Virus record (IMG/VR): IMGVR_UViG_2974521131_000001
Location: 19,725 to 83,724 of that record
Reading direction: 5' to 3' (one strand)
Length of the DNA: 64,000 nt
Source: a virus
Lineage: Duplodnaviria; Caudoviricetes
Part shown: positions 37,892 to 44,536 of the stretch, in pieces
How positions within the stretch are numbered: the stretch's first letter is position 1
Layout: each line of letters opens with the position of its first letter
Made by a program: the position numbers and the translations under genes
Notes under the pieces: generated by a model
Database searches by the model: none
What the model was told of the DNA's origin: nothing
What the model saw: only the letters and a program-made list of their open reading frames with translations

Positions 37892-38012
37892 GGCCTGGTC
37901 GCAGGTTCGAATCCTGCTGCGAGAGTGACGAATACATGGTCTGCAGCCATGTACGAGTTCCCGACGGTTCGCTACCGACGTGTTCGTATAGCTCAGTGGT
38001 TAGAGCAGGGCC
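37892..38012 (+). ncRNA. Circularly permuted tRNA-like RNA 1 (YrlA-like, ~60-nt insert in acceptor loop)
   Basis: Order AC3' strand, V loop, T arm, acceptor, insert, acceptor, D arm, AC5' strand; GGCCT/GGGCC pair. Confidence 0.6.
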
Positions 38013-38188
38013 GATAGACCGGTTTCCTACCTCCGTTCAAAGGGTAGGTGGTGGGATCTGGACCCTAGGCAGTCCCGATCAGTCCCCGCGAGGACAATGC
38101 GTTATAACCCCGTAGCGGTCGACGGTGAGCCGCTGGAGTGGCGACCGATTTGCCTGGCGTTCCCGACCGCCGTCATCCGTCGGGATAT

Positions 38189-38261
38189 TGGCCTGTAGCT
38201 TAATTGGTAGAGCAGCGAGCTGTTAACTCGCCAGGTGAAGGTTCGAATCCTTCCTAGCCAG
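38189..38261 (+). tRNA. tRNA-Asn(GTT)
   Basis: GCGAG-CTGTTAA-CTCGC; two acceptor mismatches. Confidence 0.8.
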
Positions 38262-38265
38262 CATT

Positions 38266-38339
38266 GCGGGAGGTCGCCGGTTCGAATCCGGCCACGGGTC
38301 AGATAGCACCCGTGTAGCTCAGTCTGGTAGAGCGCCCGC
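38266..38339 (+). ncRNA. Circularly permuted tRNA-like RNA 2 (minimal YrlA-like)
   Basis: GCGGG AGGTC GCCGG TTCGAAT CCGGC CACGGGT cagatagc ACCCGTG TA GCTC AGTCTGGTA GAGC G CCCGC. Confidence 0.78.
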
Positions 38340-38345
38340 GCCAAC

Positions 38346-39112
38346 TTTGGGGCATGGCCCATAAGTCGGGGAGACCCGGCGAAGGGGGAGAGTGACATCT
38401 CCTCGCCCGCAAGGGTTCCCCATGCAATGTCGCTGCAGTGAAGATCGTTTACGGCGGTCTTCGAGATGCGAGCTACACCTAGGTGTCCAGGGCCGTGAAC
38501 CGGTGGGACGCACCATGCCGTACGTGCGGCTGAAAGGGTTATCGAGCGAGTGTGGGTATGCAGGACAAGGTGGAAGAACAGTCTGAGGCTTGGCAGCCAA
38601 GGGCGGTCACCATGATCGTTTGTGAACTGGTCGACGGGTCAGGGAATACGGGAGAATGCGATGTACCTCGCCAGGGTGAAGCATCTGAGGTGTGAAGCAT
38701 TCTGTGCCCCAAAAGGGTTCGGAACTTCATGGGGAAGCACATCTCACGTCAAACATTTAGCTCAGCAGTAGAGCATCTCTTTGGAATAGAGACGGCGGCG
38801 GTGCGATTCCGCCAATGTAACCAAGCAAAAGTTCTTCCCCTGCCGAGAAGCAAAAGCGCCTTAATCCCCGACTGTGGAGCAGAATCGGGGCCGTCACGAG
38901 CCCGCAAGGCGACGGCGGTTTGTAGGCAAGTAGTGCAGCCATGGGACGGCCATCCTAACGGCGAAGCGAAAGTCGCAGAGTAGCTTTCGGTATGACGAGT
39001 GGTTCACGTACGAACCAGGCGTTGCACGTACTCGGGGGACCGAGTGGACAAGTCGGGAATCCATAATCCGACGAAAGCGTGTGGTCGTGGCGGTTTAGTC
39101 TCTAGCCCGCCC
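38346..39112 (+). ncRNA. Large structured ncRNA, GOLLD-like
   Basis: ~770 nt without credible ORF; 9-bp TTTGGGGCA/TGCCCCAAA stem; many GNRA hairpins; inside a tRNA array. Confidence 0.55.
38751..38823 (+). tRNA. Degenerate tRNA (anticodon GGA, short variable loop) embedded in the large ncRNA
   Basis: D arm GCTC/GAGC, TCTCT-TTGGAAT-AGAGA, T loop TGCGATT, 5-bp acceptor, CCA. Confidence 0.5.
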
Positions 39113-39118
39113 AACAAA

Positions 39119-39190
39119 CGGAATGTGCAGCCTAATGGTAAGGCGGGGAGTTCGCGACTCCCGATCCAGGTTCGAGTCCTGGCGCTCCGG
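39119..39190 (+). tRNA. tRNA with anticodon CGC (Ala), atypical
   Basis: GGGAG-TTCGCGA-CTCCC; T arm intact; lacks G3:U70. Confidence 0.55.
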
Positions 39191-39280
39191 CGCTACCCTG
39201 TGTGTGCCAGATGCACCCCCGCTGAAAACACAACTATTTCAGGTTGTTTGTTTGCCGGAAACAGCGGGCAGGGTTTCAAT

Positions 39281-39357
39281 CTCGTCGCGAATTGGCGATC
39301 ACAGCTGGCTGTAAACTAGCTCCTTCGGGTGTGCAGGTTCGACTCCTGACGGCGAGA
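39281..39357 (+). tRNA. tRNA-Tyr(GTA)
   Basis: GCTGG-CTGTAAA-CTAGC; long variable arm. Confidence 0.8.
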
Positions 39358-39472
39358 CGTAGCGGTGGTGCAACACCGCAGGGCGAGGCTGGACGGACCC
39401 GCGCACGACACAAGGGCCAGCAGACCCTCGGCTAGTGGAGAGGTGAGCCGACCGAATTGCCTTTCCAGCTAA

Positions 39473-39543
39473 TCCAGGTTGGTGTAATGGCAGCATGGCA
39501 GAATCTGACTCTGCCGATTGAGGTTCGATTCCTTGCCCTGGAT
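39473..39543 (+). tRNA. tRNA-Gln(CTG)
   Basis: GCAGA-ATCTGAC-TCTGC. Confidence 0.8.
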
Positions 39544-39634
39544 CGAGCAGGTAGATGATAATGGCGTAACCGGTGCTAATGCTGCACTCGCTGAGGATCC
39601 TCGGCGCTACCGATCAAAGGTTATACGTCCCAAT

Positions 39635-39710
39635 CAGTCTGAGGTGTAAGTGGTTGCATGAGGCGTTTGGATCGCCGGGGTTGGGAGTTCGAGTCTCTCC
39701 AGACTGACCA
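39635..39710 (+). tRNA. tRNA-Pro(TGG)
   Basis: CAGTCTG/CAGACTG acceptor, TTTGGAT loop, CCA. Confidence 0.85.
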
Positions 39711-39747
39711 TCGGGTTGTCGGTAAACACGGGTGTGGAACCGTCATT

Positions 39748-39830
39748 GGAAGGATCCGCTGAATGGTCGGCAACCGGCGTCGAATACCGGGGCTGGTGCA
39801 AGCCAGGGGGTTCGATTCCTCATCCTTCCG
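39748..39830 (+). tRNA. tRNA-Ser(CGA)
   Basis: GGAAGGA/TCCTTCC acceptor, long variable arm, G73. Confidence 0.75.
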
Positions 39831-39834
39831 CAAT

Positions 39835-39918
39835 GGAGAATGGAGCCCACCAGGTGGTGGGGACCGATTGCTAATCGGCTCGCAGCCCCGCTGTGTGGAT
39901 CGTGCCCACTCTTCTCCG
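39835..39918 (+). tRNA. tRNA-Ser(GCT), atypical T loop
   Basis: CCGA-TTGCTAA-TCGG, long variable arm, T loop ATCGTGC. Confidence 0.6.
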
Positions 39919-39919
39919 C

Positions 39920-40039
39920 GTGAACGCATACAAGTGCAGTGCATGTAAGCGCCCTGTCGGTCTGATGGTCGACGCGAAGGGCGAGCCCGAGATCTTCAAG
40001 TGCCCGAATACCGGGCGTGTGGCCACGGCCACGAAGTAG
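39920..40039 (+). CDS. Possible 39-aa Zn-ribbon microprotein
   Basis: MNAYKCSACKRPVG..FKCPNTG; high GC3 but no RBS. Confidence 0.35.
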   Translation: MNAYKCSACKRPVGLMVDAKGEPEIFKCPNTGRVATATK

Positions 40040-40108
40040 TTCCTAGGATGCGCCGTCGAGCTTCAAAATGCTCGTATAGCCGAGGCGCAGAAGAGTATCG
40101 GCTCCAAT

Positions 40109-40183
40109 CGGTTCGTAGCTCAGTTTGGCAAGAGCGCTGGCTTGAAACCCCAGAGGCCCCAGGTTCGACTCCTGGCGTTCCGG
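40109..40183 (+). tRNA. tRNA-Phe(GAA)
   Basis: TTGAAAC loop; D and T arms canonical. Confidence 0.75.
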
Positions 40184-40323
40184 CGTAAAAGGGAAACCAG
40201 ATCCGTCCGCTACTGGTGAAAAGCGGCGCAGGCCACGGAGATACATAGGCAGCCTGGGAAAATTGCCCCCGTGTAACAACTCGAAGCCGATGACCCAGTG
40301 AGGCGATAAACAACCTGGGCTAT

Positions 40324-40395
40324 TGCGCGGTAGTGAAATCGGGATCACAGGAGTTTCATACGCTTCCATTATGGGTTCGAGTCCCATCTGCGCAA
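40324..40395 (+). tRNA. tRNA-Met/Ile2(CAT)
   Basis: TGCGCGG/CTGCGCA acceptor; TTCATAC loop. Confidence 0.75.
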
Positions 40396-40475
40396 CGACG
40401 TATCAGGTTCTGCAAGGGGTAGGTAAAAGGGTCCACGCCCCAGTGGTCCGTCCTGGTACACAACGAAAGGCAAGT

Positions 40476-40676
40476 ATGACCGCGAAGCTTCGCACTGGTA
40501 TCGCCCACATCGACATCGTCCGCACGGTGAACGATCTGATCGACCAGGTCGAGGAACTGAAGGAGTTCTGTTACGCGGTGGCTGACGAGCCCGCTGAGGC
40601 CCCGAAGAAGGCCACGGCACGCAAGGCCCCGGCCAAGAAGGCTGAGGACGCCAGCGAGGCTGACAAGGGGGAGTAA
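40476..40676 (+). CDS. Small protein with Lys/Ala-rich tail inside tRNA array
   Basis: GAAAGG RBS; PKKATARKAPAKKA. Confidence 0.6.
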   Translation: MTAKLRTGIAHIDIVRTVNDLIDQVEELKEFCYAVADEPAEAPKKATARKAPAKKAEDASEADKGE

Positions 40677-40684
40677 TCCCCATT

Positions 40685-40763
40685 CCCGATGTTGAGCAGT
40701 GGAGCGCTCAATGGGCTACGAACCCATATTCGCATGCAGGTTCGAATCCTGTCATCGGGTCCA
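40685..40763 (+). tRNA. tRNA-Arg(ACG)
   Basis: ATGGG-CTACGAA-CCCAT; CCA. Confidence 0.85.
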
Positions 40764-40765
40764 TA

Positions 40766-40840
40766 CCTCTTGTAGCTCAATCGGTTAGAGCAGCGGTTTG
40801 TGAAGCCGCAGACCACGGATCGTAACCGTGCAGGGGGACC
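40766..40840 (+). tRNA. tRNA-His(GTG)
   Basis: GCGGT-TTGTGAA-GCCGC; T loop ATCGTAA; no G-1:C73. Confidence 0.75.
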
Positions 40841-40842
40841 GT

Positions 40843-40943
40843 GTTGGTGTGCCCATATCGCCCCGCGCCATGGCTAGCGGGATCATCGACGTACTTGGAA
40901 GGCAGGGGTGGCCACCCTTCGGGTTCGAATCCCGGCACCAGCC
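40843..40943 (+). ncRNA. tRNA-like RNA with expanded D loop and no anticodon loop
   Basis: GTTGGTG/CACCAGC acceptor and canonical T arm; ~40-nt insert between TGCC and GGCA; anticodon arm reduced to GGGGTGGCCACCCT. Confidence 0.55.
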
Positions 40944-40947
40944 CTAT

Positions 40948-41019
40948 GTCGAGATGACAGAGTGGCGATGTGACGGTCTGCAAAGCCGATCTACGCCGGT
41001 TCGAATCCGGCTCTCGATT
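40948..41019 (+). tRNA. tRNA-Cys(GCA)
   Basis: CTGCAAA loop, U73. Confidence 0.85.
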
Positions 41020-41031
41020 CTAGGAGAGACT

Positions 41032-41283
41032 GTGGGAGCACAACTCTCAGCAGCCGAAGCCGCGAGGATGCGAGCTGCACTCGACTGGGTGGAGAACCAC
41101 CCGGTCAGCAAGGACCGCCACGTGCAGCTGGTGGCGGCACTCGTTGACGAGATGCGTCTAGCTGAAGACACTTCGGACCTGCGTCCGTGGTTCAACCGGC
41201 TGATTCAGATCAACGACGAACTTGATAGAACTCACGGTCGGATTCCCACGGTGGATGACTGGCCGGGAGATATGGATCTGTAG
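41032..41283 (+). CDS. Hypothetical protein inside tRNA array
   Basis: AGGAG RBS; stop codon lies inside tRNA-Leu(TAG). Confidence 0.55.
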   Translation: MGAQLSAAEAARMRAALDWVENHPVSKDRHVQLVAALVDEMRLAEDTSDLRPWFNRLIQINDELDRTHGRIPTVDDWPGDMDL

Positions 41284-41347
41284 CCCAAATGGAAGAGGCA
41301 ACAGGCTTAGACCCTGTTCAGTGTGGGTTCGACTCCCTCCAGATTCA
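41274..41347 (+). tRNA. tRNA-Leu(TAG), short variable loop
   Basis: ACAGG-CTTAGAC-CCTGT. Confidence 0.8.
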
Positions 41348-41351
41348 CTCT

Positions 41352-41426
41352 GCTCGACTAGGCAAACTAGGCAAAGCCGCAGGCCTCAAAAGCCAGTGTT
41401 TGCGAGTTCGAATCTCGCGTCGAGTA
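41352..41426 (+). tRNA. tRNA-Leu(CAA), short variable loop
   Basis: CTCAAAA loop; GCTCGAC/GTCGAGT acceptor. Confidence 0.8.
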
Positions 41427-41464
41427 CAACGCTGTATTCCCGAGGCGCTATATCGGGAAGCCAT

Positions 41465-41535
41465 GGGCTCGTAGCTGAGTGGTTTAGCTCCGTCCTCTTA
41501 AGTCGGAGACGTAGGTTCGATTCCTACCGGGCTCA
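41465..41535 (+). tRNA. tRNA-Lys(CTT)
   Basis: CTCTTAA loop. Confidence 0.82.
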
Positions 41536-41536
41536 C

Positions 41537-41612
41537 TGTGATGTCGTCCAACGGTTTAGGGCACCGATCTGATACATCGGAAACCAGGGTTCAACTCCCT
41601 GCTTCACTACCA
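41537..41612 (+). tRNA. tRNA-Ile(GAT)
   Basis: CCGAT-CTGATAC-ATCGG; CCA. Confidence 0.8.
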
Positions 41613-41616
41613 CTTC

Positions 41617-41683
41617 GCGGCAGTTCCGGAAAGTGCTGGGCGTCCTAAGCCCGAGCAAGGGTGTTCGAGTCACCTCTGTCGCA
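41617..41683 (+). tRNA. tRNA-Arg(CCT), reduced D arm
   Basis: TGGGC-GTCCTAA-GCCCG. Confidence 0.6.
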
Positions 41684-41700
41684 CAACACAATTCAACATC

Positions 41701-41775
41701 GGGGTATTCATCTAGTCTGGCTCAGGATGCGACACTTCCACTGTCGTCACGAGGGTTCGAATCCTTCATACCTCA
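41701..41775 (+). tRNA. tRNA-Gly(TCC)
   Basis: CGACA-CTTCCAC-TGTCG. Confidence 0.82.
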
Positions 41776-41838
41776 CGAGGCGTCTCGCCCTCTAACGCAA
41801 AGCGGCCTAAGTCGCGATAGCCGTTGCGAGACAACTAA

Positions 41839-41910
41839 TCGGGATTAGCTCAGTGGAAGAGCGGCTGGTTTACACCCAGCGCGTGGGGAGTTCGATTCTC
41901 TCATTCCGAA
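41839..41910 (+). tRNA. tRNA-Val(TAC)
   Basis: GCTGG-TTTACAC-CCAGC. Confidence 0.85.
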
Positions 41911-41971
41911 CGTCGACCTGACGAGGTCACCGGGGACCGGGTACCCGGCTTAGCGGCAAACACCCGTCCAG

Positions 41972-42049
41972 GCTGGATTTGCTCATGTTGGCTTGAGCAC
42001 CTACCTAGTAAGTAGGAGTACGTCGGTTCGATTCCGACATCCAGCCCCA
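41972..42049 (+). tRNA. tRNA-Thr(AGT)
   Basis: CCTAC-CTAGTAA-GTAGG; CCA. Confidence 0.8.
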
Positions 42050-42050
42050 T

Positions 42051-42124
42051 GCCCTGTTCGTCTAACGGCAGGATTCCTGGGAGTTGGTCCCAGGGGATGG
42101 AGGTATCGAATCCTCCACGGGGCA
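42051..42124 (+). tRNA. tRNA-Gln(TTG)-like with extended anticodon stem
   Basis: CCTGGG-AGTTGGT-CCCAGG; 8-nt T loop; Gln-type D arm. Confidence 0.5.
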
Positions 42125-42130
42125 TCCAAT

Positions 42131-42203
42131 GGGGGTGCATGTTCCTTGGGGGCGACGGATCCTTGCAAGATCTGTGTGGTGGGTTCAATTCCCATCATCT
42201 CCA
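42131..42203 (+). tRNA. tRNA-Ala(TGC)
   Basis: CTTGCAA loop; G3:U70. Confidence 0.8.
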
Positions 42204-42326
42204 CGGCGGGTGCGGGCTGTCAGATAACCAATGCTGGCCCGCACCCGACCCAGTATGCAGATCGTAGTCTGTAAGGGTACGAAATGCATACTCACACATA
42301 ATAGGTCGCGTAGGCGACCATTTAAT

Positions 42327-42399
42327 CCCGATGTCATCTAGTGGCCTAGGATGCCGCCCTGTCGAGGCGGTCACGCGAGTTCAAATCTCGTCGTCGGGA
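42327..42399 (+). tRNA. tRNA-Asp(GTC)
   Basis: CCGCC-CTGTCGA-GGCGG. Confidence 0.85.
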
Positions 42400-42459
42400 C
42401 GGTAGTTTGCGGTGATCTAGATGGCGATGAGCGTTAGCCTCGCCATCGAAAACCGCTCT

Positions 42460-42530
42460 GGTTCATTGGTGTAATGGCAGCATCCCAGGTTCTCAACCTG
42501 TAGGCAGGGGATCGTAACCCCTATGAACTA
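42460..42530 (+). tRNA. tRNA-Glu(CTC)
   Basis: TTCTCAA loop; T loop ATCGTAA. Confidence 0.78.
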
Positions 42531-42533
42531 CGC

Positions 42534-42580
42534 AAGGCCCTCCCTCCGTCCAAGCAGTGGCGGTTGGGGGGCCTTTTTTG
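42534..42580 (+). terminator. Intrinsic terminator ending the tRNA operon
   Basis: AAGGCCCTCC..GGGGGGCCTT followed by TTTT. Confidence 0.75.
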
Positions 42581-42584
42581 TGCC

Positions 42585-42606
42585 CTGACCAGCGATTACA
42601 GGATCG
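42585..42606 (+). repeat. Extended motif CTGACCAGCGATTACAGGATCG (copy 7)
   Basis: Directly after terminator, before RtcB operon. Confidence 0.8.
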
Positions 42607-42628
42607 TGGGATTCTACTCGTTGTGAGC

Positions 42629-43057
42629 ATGAAGAAAGCATTGATCGCGATTCCCGTTGCGGCACTGGCCAGTTCGGTGCTGCTGGTGGGATGTGGTGAC
42701 ACCACCATCTCCTGCGAGTCGATGAGCAGCGTTGCGCTGCAGTCGATTGAATACCCGCTGCCCCTCAAGCCTGGTGGCGGCGGTGGTACCGGTGGCCGTG
42801 GAGGCTCGAGCGGTGGCAGCCGCAGTGGCGGTTCCTATGGTGGGAGCAAGCCGAAGCCTGCCGCACCGCGTCCTCAGCCGAAGCCTGCGAAGCCCCCGCA
42901 GTCGGGCAACACCACGATCATCAACCATCCTCCCGGTTATCGGGACCGTGGCGGATCCGATCCCATGATGCCGTTCATTGGTGGCCTGCTGGTTGGTGAC
43001 GCACTGTCCGACGGCGGCGGTGGCAACCATGGCGGCGGCAACGGCGGTCACTGCTGA
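42629..43057 (+). CDS. Gly/Pro-rich lipoprotein
   Basis: MKKALIAIP..LLVGC lipobox. Confidence 0.65.
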   Translation: MKKALIAIPVAALASSVLLVGCGDTTISCESMSSVALQSIEYPLPLKPGGGGGTGGRGGSSGGSRSGGSYGGSKPKPAAPRPQPKPAKPPQSGNTTIINHPPGYRDRGGSDPMMPFIGGLLVGDALSDGGGGNHGGGNGGHC

Positions 43058-43251
43058 TGCCCGCTCTCGGAGCCCTGGTCGTCAAGCCGTATCCCGGCCA
43101 GGAGATGTGGGTGCAGGCCCTCGCTGACGGCGACTACGAGGTCGGTGTGCAGTTCAACAAGAACCAGTACACGATGATCGAAGTCAGCCGCGAGCAGTTG
43201 GAGCAGTTCTCCACGAACATCATTGCGGTTCTGCTCGATACGGGCCTGTGA
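43057..43251 (+). CDS. Hypothetical protein
   Basis: TGATG overlap. Confidence 0.55.
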   Translation: MPALGALVVKPYPGQEMWVQALADGDYEVGVQFNKNQYTMIEVSREQLEQFSTNIIAVLLDTGL

Positions 43252-43321
43252 ACCCGCTCGTCTTCATCATCGTCCTCTTCCTGATGGCCCTCGCACTGGC
43301 CATCCTCGTGAACGGAACTAC

Positions 43322-44536
43322 ATGAGCACAACCCTTGCCCCGAAGGTCATCTCGTTCGCCAGCGAGATCGACCAGGCAACGATCGATCAGGCGAAGCAGA
43401 TCGCGTCGATGCCGTTCGTCCACCCTCACTTGGCGCTGATGCCGGATGCCCACTCGGGCAAGGGGTCTGCTGTGGGGACGGTGATCCCGACGCTGGGTGC
43501 CGTGATCCCTGCTGCGGTGGGTGTGGACATCGGCTGCGGCATGATCGCGGTGAAGACCCGCTTCACGCTGCTGGACATCGATGAGCGCCGCCTACGCCTG
43601 GACGTTCTGCGTCGTCAGATCGAGGAAGCGATCCCGCTTTCACCCGGCAACTACAACTCGACGCTGTCGCGGTTCTCGTTCACCCGCAAGAAGCACGAGG
43701 AGCTGATCCAGCTCCAGCAGACGAACGACGTGGACCTGTCTCATTCACCGAAGTGGATGGAGCAGCTGGGCTCACTCGGCGGTGGTAACCACTTCATCGA
43801 GCTGTGCCTGGATGACGAAGACAACGTGTGGCTGTTCCTGCACAGCGGTTCTCGCGGTGTGGGTAACAAGATCGCCCAGGTCCACATCAAGGCTGCGCAG
43901 GCGTACTGCGAGGAGAAGCGTCAGACGGTTCCGCAGTCACGGTTCCACCTGCCCCACAAGGATCTGGCATTCCTTGAAGAGGGCACCATCCAGTTCGACT
44001 CGTACATCAAGGAACTCGAGTGGGCGCAGCGCTTCGCGATGCTGAACCGCGCCGAGATGATGGACCGCTACGTCGAGGTGTTCGCGTGGTGGATGGGCGT
44101 GCAGGCTCAGCGAGTCGAGCTGCAGCGCGTGAACACCCACCACAACTACACCGTGCCGACCGAGATCGACGGCGAGCGTGTGTGGTTGACGCGTAAGGGC
44201 GCTGTGGACGCCACTGAGGGCAAGCTGGGCATCATCCCCGGCTCCATGGGCACCCGGTCCTACATCGTGCGCGGTAAGGGCTGCAAGGAGGGCCTGTGGT
44301 CCGCACCGCATGGTGCTGGCCGCAAGTTCTCCCGCACGAAGGCCAAGGAGCACTTCACGGTCGATGACCTGAAGGCTCAGATGCAGGGCATCGAGTGGCG
44401 CGAGGACATCGCCGAGAAGCTCGTTGACGAGATCCCCGCCTGCTACAAGGACATCGACCAGGTCATGGCCGATGCGGAACCACTGGTGGAGGTCGTGACC
44501 GGCCTGCGCCAGATCTTGAACGTGAAGGGCACGTAA
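43322..44536 (+). CDS. rtcB: RtcB RNA 3'-phosphate/5'-OH ligase
   Basis: MPDAH.G.G, GVDIGCG, GGGNHFIE, LHSGSRG, HHNY, IIPGSMG, SAPHGAGR, DE.P.CYKDI, NVKG. Confidence 0.97.
   Translation: MSTTLAPKVISFASEIDQATIDQAKQIASMPFVHPHLALMPDAHSGKGSAVGTVIPTLGAVIPAAVGVDIGCGMIAVKTRFTLLDIDERRLRLDVLRRQIEEAIPLSPGNYNSTLSRFSFTRKKHEELIQLQQTNDVDLSHSPKWMEQLGSLGGGNHFIELCLDDEDNVWLFLHSGSRGVGNKIAQVHIKAAQAYCEEKRQTVPQSRFHLPHKDLAFLEEGTIQFDSYIKELEWAQRFAMLNRAEMMDRYVEVFAWWMGVQAQRVELQRVNTHHNYTVPTEIDGERVWLTRKGAVDATEGKLGIIPGSMGTRSYIVRGKGCKEGLWSAPHGAGRKFSRTKAKEHFTVDDLKAQMQGIEWREDIAEKLVDEIPACYKDIDQVMADAEPLVEVVTGLRQILNVKGT

Noticed and set aside
38266-38346. True permuted tRNA-Leu(CAA) gene
   Set aside because: Bases after the stem (GC CAA C) lack U33 and there is no bulge-helix-bulge; the YrlA-like reading fits better.
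38346-39112. Group I/II intron or RNase P RNA
   Set aside because: No interrupted gene or intron ORF; CACGTACGAACC only superficially resembles domain V; RNase P core motifs not found.
40185-40322. Hammerhead ribozyme in a tRNA spacer
   Set aside because: CCGATGA is not the CUGANGA core and the three stems cannot be built.
37285-40390. ORF-track ORFs across the RNA island (e.g. 37285, 38392, 38729, 38999, 39732)
   Set aside because: They overlap tRNAs, tmRNA or structured RNA and have atypical codon usage.
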